A stretch of DNA of 64,000 nucleotides, from assembly GCA_030704615.1 (NCBI GenBank), contig CM060732.1, positions 3,162,001 through 3,226,000 of the forward strand, in the 5' to 3' direction. A program made the position numbers and the translations under genes. The notes under the pieces are model-generated. The model made no database searches. It worked only from the letters and a program-made list of their open reading frames with translations, and was not told where the DNA came from. The stretch is from Takakia lepidozioides (lineage: Eukaryota; Plantae; Bryophyta). Shown one piece after another: positions 23,345 through 34,638 of this stretch; within the stretch, counting starts at the first letter, position 1, and each line of letters starts with the position of its first letter.

Positions 23345-24340
23345 CTGCAGGAAGGTAATTCGGCGCTTCGACTTACCTGGCGAATGGAAATTCGGCGCCA
23401 AATTTCCACCTGCCAGCGATCCGAGTTACCTGCTGGATGGAAATTCGGCGCCGAATTTCCATCCTGATCCGCTCCGAATTACCTGCATGACGGAAATTTT
23501 GCGTGCCGCCCTACCTGCCGGATGGAAATTCGGCGCCGAATTTCCATCCATCCGCTCTCCGACCAACCTGGCGGATGGAAATCCGGCGCCGGATTTCCAT
23601 CCATCCGCTCCGAATTACCTGCGTGGCGGAAATTTTGCGCGCCGCCCTACCTGGCAGGATGGAAATCTGGCGCCGAATTTCCATCCATCCGCTCTCCGAC
23701 CAACCTGGCGGATGGAAATCCGACGCCGGATTTCCATCCATCCGCTCCGAATTACCTGCGTGGCGGAAATTTCGCGCGCAGCCCTACCTGGCAGGATGGA
23801 AATCCGGCGCCGAATTTCCATCCATCCGCTCTCCGACCAACCTAGTAGATGGAAATCCAGCGCCGGATTTTCATCCATCCGCTCCGAATTACCTGCGTGG
23901 CGGAAATTTCGCTCGCCGCCCTACCTGGCAGGATGGAAATCCGGCGCCGAATTTCCATCCATCCGCACTCCGACCAACCTGGCGGATGGAAATCCAGCGC
24001 CGAATTACCTGCGTGGCGAAAATTTCGCGCGCCGCCCTACCTTGCAGGATGGAAATCCGGCGCCGGATTTCCATCCATCCGGCTCCGAATTACCTGCGAG
24101 ACGGAAATTTCGCGCGACGCCCTACCTGGCAGGATGGAAATTCGGTGCTGAATTTCCATCCTGCTGCTCTCCGAATTACCTGCATGACGGAAATTTTGCG
24201 CGCCGCCGTACCTGGCGGATGGAAATCCAGCGCCAGATTTCCATCCATCCGCGCTCCGAATTACCTGCAGGATGGAAATCCGGCGCCGGAATTCTATTCT
24301 GCTGCGCTCCAAATTACCTCTACGTTGGAAATTCCGGGCC
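23345..24340. repeat. Subfamily-B palindrome array GGATGGAAAT(T/C)CGGCGCCG(A/G)ATTTCCATCC with a 137-bp higher-order unit
   Basis: Main palindromes at 23524, 23577, 23661, 23714, 23798, 23851, 23935 and 23988 (alternating 53 and 84 bp). Confidence 0.9.
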
Positions 24341-24555
24341 GAGTTGCGTCATATTTCATCCGACAGGGAGGGCTTCATCCGACATTTAATTGCGTAGTTG
24401 GGCATTAAATGTCCACCGCCGTCCGTTTTTATTCGGGCTGGCGACACATGGCTTCCTCGATACGTACCCTAAATCTGATGCTAATCTCGGATTAACTTCT
24501 ATTCGAGGCATGTACCCCAAAAAACTGAGATCTTTTTCCATTTTGGCTGGGACTT

Positions 24556-27500
24556 ATGCCGCCTGAAGGGTGTGGCTCTCCTGAGAGAGACCTCACATCC
24601 AGACCGCGGCGGAAGTTGAAAGCTTTGTACTACGGACGACGGCCAATCTCTCGCATGGCCAAACTTAAGCTCCAGCAGGAGATTCCAGTGTCTTGCTCAC
24701 AACCCGCGCCAACTGAAGCCGAGTACTCTCAGGCAAGCCACTTCTGCTTTCGCTTTGTTCGCTTTCGCTTTTGCTTTCGCTTTGTTGTTTCGCTTTGTTT
24801 TTGCATCTTCATCCTGGCATGGAAGCGTATGGCTGCATCGCAAAAGCAGCAGATGTTGCGAAGAATGATCAAGGTCTGAGTGGTTAAAAATTAAGGAAAC
24901 CCATGCTGAGCTGAGAAGATGAAGTGCCTTCAAAACATTTCACCCTGTTTTCCCGTCTTATGGAATTCCTGATCATTTGTTCATCGTGTTTCATATTACC
25001 GGTTGAGTGAACCTTAGATAGTTTGCAATGCGTGTGCAAAGCCGACAGCTCTGGAGAAGGCTGCTTGTGCATGTCATTCTTATTCATTGGTTGGATTTGT
25101 TTTCATTGTTGTTCCATGGCACTCCATACTTCCTAAACTTGTTTTGTTTTCATTGTTGTTCCACGATTGTTGCTATGGTGGTTGCGCTGCTCGTTGCGAT
25201 GCTGGTTTTGGCACCGATGTTGGTTCTGACGATTTTGGGAATGACAGAGTGACGACGAGCCCGACACGCTGGTGGTATCATCGACCGCTCCAACTCATCG
25301 CATATTTGAATCGCCCAACTTGGGGCGAGAGGGAAAACTTCAACTTTTTGTTGGTGGACGGGAGGACCTGCAACGAGGGTACGACAGAATAGGCATTGGG
25401 GAGGTTGGTGCAGGCGGCATGGCAGGTGAAGGGCGTGAGGATGTGAGGACAGCAGATCCAACAATGGAGGTTGTTGATGCACATGTAGTAGGGCCCGCCC
25501 ACGCAAAGAAGAAGAAGAAAGCTAAGCACATGCAATCCCCGGCGAGAGAGCCGTCACGGGCTGCGGAGGGGGGAGTGAGCAGTGCGCGCGAGGGTGTTAG
25601 TTCGCCTCAATCAAAGGTGGTCGTCCTGGAGGGCTTCCCTGCTGCTAGCCCTAGTAAGAAACAGAAAGCCCGTGAGAGGGCAAAAGAGAGGGCAAAAGAA
25701 CAGGCGAGACAGAAGGCTAGCCAGGAGGAAAGAGAAAAGGCCACTGAAGATGCCAGGGGTGCCCAAATGACAGATGCCAATGTAAGCGAGGGACGCACAG
25801 AGACGGTGGATCCCTCCAAGACACCACAAAGAGGCAGTAACACACCGGTTACACCATCGCGGACAAGAGCAGCCCCCGCAATTACCCATACGGTGGAGAG
25901 TGGAGGAGAGGAAAGAACACCACAAAGAGCACGGATTGTGCAAGTTCGAGGTGAAGCCGGGGAGATGGCAGTAGAGACAGGGAGAGTGCTCGAGGTGGTT
26001 TTGCCGGTGGTTCACCATGTTGAGGAGGACGTCACCGAGCTTTCTGACCAAGATGACATCCTCCCGGACATCCCCAGGCCCCAAACCCGCAGCATACAGG
26101 CTGGATTTGGCGGTCCTGGTGGGCTGCCAGAGAACCCCTCTGCAACAGACGTCATGTCGGAGGCGGATATGAAGTTGGCCGCTGCCAAGATGTTGGAGGA
26201 ATCCACAACAACATTGGCAGGGTGTTGGGGGGCATGGTGTACCCGGCCAAGCCTCGAATTCCCCTTTGCCGCTTGGTGTCTTTGCAGGTGGTGAGACCTG
26301 CCCTCCCAGGCGATATCGACAAGCTGAAATTCTCTTTCCGGGATGGATATCGAATGGGGTCTGCCGCATTTTACGTTTCCATTGAGAACGACCACGGAGC
26401 TTCCTATGCCCACACTTTCGATGAGGTGGACAAATGGGGTCCCCATTGGCAAAGGCGAAATGAGGAGTTCGAGAGATCGATTGTTACTGATCCTCTTTTC
26501 CAGCACTTGTCCGGAAAGATGTTTTACGTGTGGGACGGCAATCATCGCCTCCTGGCATGGATGGAGCACATAGCCGAAGCCCACCCCAACGACCTTGATT
26601 GGCATTTCGCCGTGGAGTGTGTTGTGCTGAAGGTTGTGGGGCCCAAAGATCACAGTCTTCTCAAAGCTGCAATGGCGGACATCAACTCGTAAGTTACAAC
26701 GCCTCTTGCTTTTGGACCCATCCGATTGTAAGTCATTTCATTGTGAATCCTCATATTTGTTGTAAATTCCCATTTCAGAATTGTTTTATGGAAATGTGGC
26801 ATTGCAGGGTGACTGAGAATGCCTTCATTGCCACCAACTTGTCCCATATGCTCTTCCGAGTGAAGGATGTCGGGAAGCAGGGGGTGCAAGAGTTTGCCAA
26901 TTCACTCAGTGCCGACCTCCTGCGCAAGTCGGAGGCAAAGGCAGACAGAACCTGGTATAGGCTGAGCATGGATGCCATGGTGGACTACATATTTCGGGTA
27001 AATCTCCTGACTGTTTTGTTGAGCTAATCTGTCTCTCCTCCCCCAATAGAAGAAAAAGTGTTGAGCAGGATCTCTAATCTTATGTGCGCATTCTTGACAG
27101 ACGAAAATTCAGCAGGATTTGGCACATGTGCGGAGGTTCTACATGGAGTCAGAGGAGAAGAATCTAACCCTCCCAGGACTCGAATCGTATCTCAAAGCTG
27201 CGGAGGCCAAGGCCCGCATAAAGTACAAGTCGCGGATGGTAAAGTACGTGGCCATAGCTGATCCCGCCCTTGGTGCCGACTTTCTGGTGGAGGTGGGGAA
27301 ACACTACTCCCGCGCTCTGAAGCCCACGATTACATTGGAGAAGCTCCATCGTCTAGCCACATCCTGTGTGGATGGTGCAGAAAAGGTGATACATTCTTAA
27401 CCAAATTGTGGTGGCAACAACTCGTTTTTGTGGTGTTTGGCGCTTACGAATATGCTGGGTGGTTGGACAGACCCGGTGGCTCCAAATCTGGAATGGTTCC

Positions 27501-28767
27501 CAAAGTACAAGGGATATGTGGAGCTTCCCCAAACCGGACAAACTGTCTGACCCCACATTCGACATGTGGATGAACCGCATGACATGGTGGTTTCAGGTAC
27601 TTCCCCACGCTTCGTTTGGCGCTTCTACTCTTGTAGGGGGTGGATTCATTGTATTTTTTCAGCAATGCGATCTGATGGAGAATCTCCACAGGTGACGACG
27701 AATGCGCAAGAGCAGCTGGACACACAAGCACATCAGTTCAAGATGGAGATATCTCCTGCAGCAGAGAGCCTACGCGACTATGTGACGAGGTACTTTCTGC
27801 TCTACAAAACCGACCTATTCTTTCGGGAGATACCACATGCCCGCCGGAGCCACGAGTTCACCGACCAACCGAACGCGGACAAAGCAACAATGCGCCTTCT
27901 GTACAGGTACATACGCGATGCCTTCCTTTTAGTACTTGCATTTTTCGCCTAATTTCCAGATCAGGGCTCCGAAAATGGCTAAGTCCCTAGGGTGGCCGGC
28001 CCTGAACTGGAAATTCGGCGCCATTTTTCCAGGTCAAGGCCATATGGGACTTAGCCATTTTCGGGCCGGACCTGGGAAAATGGCGCCGAATTTCCAGTCA
28101 GGGCTCCGAAAATGGCTAAGTCCCTAGGGTGGCTGGCCCTGAACTGGAAATTCGGCGCCATTTTTCCAGTTCTAGGCCCTATTGCCCTTGTGGGACTTAG
28201 CCATTTTCAGGCCGGACCTGGGAAAATGGTGCCGAATTTCCAGTCAGGGCTCCGAAAATGGCTGGCCCTGAACTGGAAATTCGGCGCCATTTTTCCAGTT
28301 CTAGGCCCTATTGCCGTTCTGGGACTTAGCCATCTTCGGGCCAAACCGGGAAAAATGGCGCCGAATTCCCAGTTCAGGGCTCCCAAGATGGCTAAGTCCC
28401 TAGGGTGGCAGTCACCGAAAACCGAAATTCGGCGCCATTTTTCCATTTCTAGGCCCACTCAAATCCGCCCCAACCTGGGAAAATGGTGCCGAATTTGCAG
28501 TTCAGGGACCTCATTGTGTTTTTCATGAATGCAGGTACTGCAAGTTATCCCTTTTGGAGAAAGGTCATCTGTCTTTCGAGCCACCATTCTTCCTGGCATG
28601 GAGGAACCCTGGGGCTGACTCCATGTACACTGACGATATTGTGAAGGAGTGGCATCTGGAACATTTGCGTGATTGCAACCGATGCATCACAGAGCTCGGA
28701 GGATGGGGGGGATGAGGGGGATGAGGAAGCAGGAGGGCCAAGTTCCTCGGAAGGTGTAGGAGAGTAG
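24556..28767 (+). pseudogene. Subfamily-B ParB-methyltransferase gene, internally deleted (MTase exons missing at ~28677)
   Basis: RPRRKLKALYYGRRP; MFYVWDGNHRLLAW; exons homologous to A with the same intron positions. After RYCKLSLL..HLRDC the sequence jumps to the acidic last exon. Confidence 0.85.
27950..28510. repeat. Intronic array of CTGGAAATTCGGCGCCATTTTTCCAG-type quasi-palindromes in alternating orientation
   Basis: GGYGCC centres at 28017, 28082, 28154, 28228, 28283, 28357, 28431 and 28485. Confidence 0.85.
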
Positions 28768-28869
28768 TTCCCATTCCTGCTATGACAGTTAGGACACACT
28801 TGTATAGACGTGGCTTGCCACCAAATTTGCAATAAAATGTTGCATTTCATTGCTATGATGAGTCCACAT

Positions 28870-28976
28870 GACCCTATTTCCGTGCCTCCTAACCCTATTT
28901 CCGTGGACACAATTCGGCCCGCTCATGCTTTTTTTTTTCCGCTCATGCTCATGCCGCTCATGAAATAGCAGCCCCC
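28870..28976 (+). mobile_element. Right terminus of the subfamily-B MULE
   Basis: GCTCATG repeats followed by GCTCATGAAATAGCAGCCCCC, the same terminus as at 19660. Confidence 0.85.
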
Positions 28977-30554
28977 ATCAAGTCATCCCCTCCAGTCATA
29001 CTCTCTGACTCCATGAGGTCTTCTGGTAGTAGGTAGCCTACTAGATTTCTTAGTGGTGACCTGTAGCTTGTGCTTCCCATCATGCACAATCAGTTTCTGG
29101 GAATTCCAGTCATGGAATACCCTGGCCTGTTTCAGCCATGGTCGACCCAGCAATAAGGAATAAGCTTCCATGATATCATCCATTTTCAACACAGTCACTG
29201 TGATCTTAAAGATCATCTTCTGAATCTGTATCTTAACTCCTCTTATCAAGCCTAATGGCTGTACACTCCTTTGATCTGCCATTGTTACTGTGAATGGAGT
29301 TGGTTTCATGTTACTTAGACCAAGCTTCTGCCTTAATTGGTCTATCATAATATTCATTCCTGAGCCTCCATCTATCAGTACATCAGTCAAGTCTGTGCTT
29401 CAAATTCTCAATTGGATTACTGGCATAGAATCATCATACTCCATGACTGTTTCTCGCCCTTCAGGCTTCACATTATAACTGGTCACCTTACTGTTCAGGT
29501 CTATGTTCTCTATCACATGAGCAATCTGATTGTTTGCTTGATACAGCCTGTGTCTACAATGGGGTGCCACAGCCAATAGCTGCCCAATTGTGATCTCAGC
29601 TTTGGTCTGACATATTACTTCAGCCAAAGTCCCTTCATTATCCCGCACTGGTGAAGCCTCTTGCTTCACTTCCTCTTCATCTTCTTCATCTTCTCTTTCA
29701 GAGTCAGAAGAATCTGCCATAGGGATATCAGTATCCTTCTGCATTTCCCTTATGGTATCAGCCACTTCCTTGTGCAGCTCCTTCTCATCTCTCCAAGCCT
29801 CATCATCTTCAGGCACATCACTGCCATCTTCATTAACATCTTCTTCCTCATCCACTGGAGGTATTAGTTTAGCTTTGCTTCTGGTAACTACCATTGTACT
29901 TACTTCTGGTACAAAACATGGCCTAACCATGTGAGCTGCCACCACTGGGCCCTCATTCACAGGAGCTCTCATCTCATTTTGGTGTCTGATCCAGAATGGA
30001 CAAGCTGCTTTGCGATGTCCTGCCTGGTTACAATAATAATACAGTTCTTCACCATTGGGTCCTCGCCCTTGGTCTATTCTGGGATTATTTCTATAATCCG
30101 GATTCCCTGGCTGGTAATTCCCCCTTGGATTACCCTGATAGTTGCCTCTGGGATTGCCTTGGTAATTCCCTCTTGGATTACCTCTCCCTGCCATACCATT
30201 GTTATATCCACCAGGCCTACCATAGTGGTCCTGATCATTGTTTCTTCTTGGCTGGGGCTGCACTTGATGCACCATCACTTGCCTAGGTTCTCTTGCAGCT
30301 GTCCTTCTGTTGTAATAACAATTCTCAGTAGAATGGTTATCCATTTTACAATAGTACAATGTTTCTCCTTCATGTGGCATTCAGCTGTGGTATGGCCTTC
30401 ATTCTGACATTTTGCATACCAAGTTCCTCCAATGTGTTGCAGCCTCTGTGGCATACTTTTTCAAGATTTCTTCCAGTCTTTTCTCATAGTTGTCCCTCTT
30501 CAACTTTTCCTTCTTCTTGCTCTTCCTCTTGAGCTCTTGCTCTTCTTCCTCATC
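28977..30554 (-). pseudogene. Ty3/Gypsy gag (Zn knuckle) and aspartic protease fragment, family 2
   Basis: YYCNQAGHRKAACP; VLIDGGSGMNIM; LLGRPWL. Near-identical to 57865-58997. Confidence 0.85.
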
Positions 30555-30759
30555 TGTACGCATTGTATGCAAGACATTCGTCGCAAAAGGATCACAAACG
30601 TCGTAGAGCGCACACAATTGAGGCCCTGGCAGGTCATCCCAAACCCGTTGAAGCAGGAGCACGAATAAGCACGATAGCTGGAAACCCTCAACCACGGAGA
30701 TGGAGAACCCTACCTCCACGACAAAGTGAACAGCAAGACCAGGGAGGGGGATGGATGAC

Positions 30760-30928
30760 CGGAGGAGCACCACGTAATGGATCATCGCGCAAAACTATCG
30801 GACGGCGGGGGGACGGCCACATCATGTTGAAGAGGGCCAAGGGGGATCAGTCCCCGGGGGGAGCAGGGGATGGGGAACGGATCCATTGGGGGTGATGCCA
30901 CGTGGTTGAGGAGGATGGACGGCGCGGC

Positions 30929-30961
<33 letters not shown>

Positions 30962-31788
30962 TCGATGACGAGGGGACCGCGACGTGGCCCACGGGTCATG
31001 GAGGGCACCGTGGAGTAGCACGTGGCGGAAAATGTGGGGAGGGGGATCAGTCCCCGAATTGGAGGAGGGGATCAACCGAGGCGGGGGAGCAACAGCGCGG
31101 GGATTCCGCCGTCCATGGTTGAAGCCCGGGGGACCGCGCCGGGCTCGGGGCATCAGGCCTCTAACCGTTGGAGGGATCGACGGCGGAGGGGATTGCGACG
31201 TGGCGGTGTGTCACTGTGAACGGCAATGGTTTTAGGTAAGATTGATGGGCAAGGGATCAACGGTTCGAGGAGCACCACATGGTGGCGCGATTGGGAGTGG
31301 GGATCACTCCAGCCCTGGACGGGGGATCAACCCAGTTGCGGGGGAACAACTCTGATGGGATGAGGGGATCGACGGCGAGGGGAGCACCACGTGGTGGTGG
31401 ACATGTCATCGGGCCTTCATCCGGCCGTCGTCCATCCACTGCGCGAGAGGATGGCGGGGGGATGAGGGGCGGATGACCCAGAAAATCCATTGTTTTGAGG
31501 TTGGATGGATGCGCAGGGGATTGACGGTTCGGGCGAGCAGCACATGGCGGGTGATTAGGGGTGGGGGATCACTCCCGGTCCGGAGTGGGGATCAAGCCAG
31601 GTCGGGGGGAGCGGTGACGTCTCGGAGGATCGCGCCGTGGATGGGACGAGGGGATCGACGGCAGGGGGAGCGCCACGATCCGGCCGATGGGTGGAGGGGG
31701 ATCAGTCACCGCATTGGATGGGGATCAACTGGGGGGGGGGGGGGGGGGGCGGCGACGTCTCGGGGGATCGGGCCGTCGATGGGAAGAG
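30760..31788. repeat. G-rich degenerate repeat region with poly-G tracts
   Basis: Recurrent GGGGGATCAGTCCCC and GAGCACCACGTGG modules. G runs at 30930-30960 and 31731-31749. Confidence 0.55.
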
Positions 31789-32890
31789 TGTCGCGGCCCT
31801 CCGCCTTGAGGGCAGGGGTCGGGACACAAGAGGGGCTGCCCCTGTGGTGGGGGCAGTGGCAACAATAGATACGGGGGCTGAAGCACCCTTGAGTGCCCAA
31901 GGCACTCAAGGAGGCGAAGGCGCTCACTAGGTGGTGTTGCGGCCCTTCGCCTTGAGGGCAGGGGGTCGGAACAAAAAAGTGGCTGCCCCTGTGGCGCTCA
32001 CTAGGTGGAGCCCCGCACACCGGGTTGCGGTGGGTCCACGAGGAGTGGTGGTAGCTTAGTGGGACTTAGTGGGGGTGGCATAGGACTCACCATGGGGCGG
32101 AGACCTTGTGGTGGGAGTCGTGGGGAGTCTTGGGACTCATCACGGTCCAATGGGGCCGTGGTGGGTGGGCCAAGACTCACCGCGACTCATCACCGGGAAT
32201 CGAGGGTTTTCGTGGTGATTCGCCATAAAAGGATGGTGTTGTTTGTGAAACCCCCACGGACAGTCACAGAAGTATATATAGGGAGTAATAACCCCGAGAA
32301 TGGTGCAAGCCTGTTGGTGACCAAAACCTAGTGAGTAAGCGTGCGAGCCGGAAAGCGACCAAGGTGTGGGGAGCTGTTCCGGACTGCCAACATCCAAAGG
32401 GAATTTCCACTAGGCCCAGAGAGGGTCTCGGGGAGGAGTAAAGGGGGACCGTTATGTCCCGGTGAGCAACCGAAGCTCCGAGTTGGCCCGGTGGCCAGTT
32501 TGGGAGTTAGGCGGGCGCATCAAAGCGAGTAACTATGACTTGAAGGGGAGCTTACCAAAGTGAGGTGCGTAACACTTGGTATCAGAGCTTAGAGTTCAGT
32601 ACGCGCGATCGTTCTTGAGATCGGCCTCATAATGGGGTCGGGCAAGCCAAAGCGAAAGCGGAACGGCCCGAAAGATGATGATCCCGGTGAGCCTGGTGGA
32701 GGCGACGTGTCACCGAAGCGGCAATTTGAGGAGGCGATTCATGCTTTTGAAAGCGAGGCCGCTCAAGCAACAAGAGGAATCTGGGGAGTCAGAGCCCGAG
32801 GACTTCCCAAAGGCTCCGGCAGACCAACAGATGTCTCCCATGCCAACAGCCTTTTGGGAAGGGTTGTTGGCGCAGTTTTGGCGGGACGTT
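31789..32890 (+). mobile_element. Family-1 5' LTR (31789-32574), tRNA-Met PBS (32577-32588) and probable start of gag (32632)
   Basis: TGTCGC...AACA followed by TGGTATCAGAGC, the canonical initiator-Met PBS. Short internal duplication at ~31935-32005. Confidence 0.85.
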
Positions 32891-32985
32891 GAAAGACGTG
32901 TTGAGGGCGGCTAATGCAACTTCAACTAAGGCAAAGTTTAAGGTGAAGCCTAAGGAACCCGACACCTCACGTCCCTCCCAAAATC

Positions 32986-33498
32986 GGAAATGCGGCACCG
33001 CATTTCCAAAACCGGGGCAAGAACAATTTTCCGTTTCATGGTTTGGACATCAGAAACTGTTCGGCCAAACGGAAATGCGGTGCCACATTTCCGTTCGCGA
33101 CACGGCAGTTTTGCCGATTGCCAGCTCCTTCCATGGAGGTAAATGGATATGCCACCCCGCATGCGGAGGTCGAACATGGAAATGCGGTGCCGCATTTACA
33201 GTTTGGAGATGGACGTTTTTCCAACAACAGACCCATCGACGGAAATGCGGTTCGCCATTCCATGATGCTAGACGAGAATGTGGCACCGCATTCCATTGTC
33301 CAATAAGAAATTTTGATGACGTACATGGAAATGCAGCGCCGCATTTCCAAAACGGACATCGTTGTTTGTCCAATTCCAGACCCTTTGACGGAAATGCGGC
33401 ACCGCATTACATTGTCCAACTGGAAATGCGGTGCCGCATTTCCAATTCGAAGTATGGTAATGCCATGTCAAGAAATGAAATGCGGTACATCATTTCCG
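32986..33498. repeat. Palindrome array (A-type motif) inside an inverted methyltransferase fragment
   Basis: Motif starts at 32986, 33071, 33178, 33241, ~33274, 33327, 33390, 33422 and 33476. Confidence 0.85.
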
Positions 33499-33499
33499 T

Positions 33500-33805
33500 T
33501 ACGACCACAATGGAGGAAAGGGAGCTGCTAGAAATCCCAACTTCCTCCCCCTGCTCCTTCTCGGATTTTTCCTCATCCTCCGAGGATGCCTCTTCCTCTT
33601 TCGGCAGACGTTCAGCCGCTGCAAGTTCCGAGTTGTGGAGGGCAGTATCTGGCTCGAAGGCGAACACATGCCTGTCGGACAACGTCCCTGCCCACATTGA
33701 AGCACCTGAGGAACAAAGCGGGCGGTTAATAGCTTGCGGCATGCAATTGCAATCGGGCCAGGGGACAAACTGAGCACGTGAAGGCTTACCCGTGCCGCAT
33801 GTCAG
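33500..33805 (-). pseudogene. Methyltransferase motif-I exon fragments from another MULE variant
   Basis: TCGTG|intron|ASMWAGTLSDRHVFAFEPD, homologous to 16190-16360. Confidence 0.75.
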
Positions 33806-34637
33806 CCGAGGAGCCCCCGGTTTACGAGTGAGTGGTGGCATTGTAAGTTGCCTCCAGATTTTGTGAGGCACCTCCCTCCGCTCTCTTATTTCATTGAAAA
33901 CCCTTTCTGGTTGTGCTGGTATTGACATTCTTGAAGTGGATTTTTTCTTACTGTAGGATGCCAAGTACTGCCGGAGGGACGTCTACACCGGAGTTCATGG
34001 GCAGGAGGAACGTGCCTTTTTTTGCCAGGGGGGATTTCATGCCTAGTCCAGAAAGGGAGTACATCCTTCCTACTTATGCTGCCCGGCTTGCTTCGGTGTC
34101 CATTAGGAGGTGTTCCGAACCTAGTCGTGTACAGTAGATTTAAGACGAGGCAAGCCTCAAGAAAATGAAGATGAGGGAGGAGGCAGCAGCTATTAGAGCC
34201 CGTCGGGCTCGTAGATTTGTCTTGGATTCTGCTGAGGAAAGTGGGGGAGAAGACGCAGAAGATTCCCAGGAGGTGAGGTGGACAGTCCCCCAAGGAGAGG
34301 ACGGGATTTTTGAGAGGCATAGTGAAACTGATGCATCACAGAGCTCGGAGGATGAGGGGGATGAGGGGGATGAGGAAGAAGGTGGGGCAAGTTCCTCGGA
34401 GGGTGTAGGAGAGTAGTGCCCATTCCGGCTATGACAGTTAGAACACACTTGTATAGACGTGGCTTGCCACAAAATTTGCAATAAAATGTTGCATTTCAAG
34501 TCCACTGGTGCCACATTCCAACTTCACATGACCCTATTTCCATGCCTCCTAACCCTATTTCCGTGGATTCACAATGGTCTGCTCATGCTTTTTTTTTTTC
34601 CGCTCATGCTCATGCCGCTCATGAAATAGCAGCCCCC
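33806..34637 (+). mobile_element. 3' end of a subfamily-B MULE: last exon and right terminus
   Basis: RNVPFFARGDFMPSPEREYILPTYAARLA; EVRWTVPQGEDGIFE; terminus GCTCATGAAATAGCAGCCCCC. 34325-34637 matches 28677-28976. Confidence 0.85.
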
Positions 34638-34638
34638 C

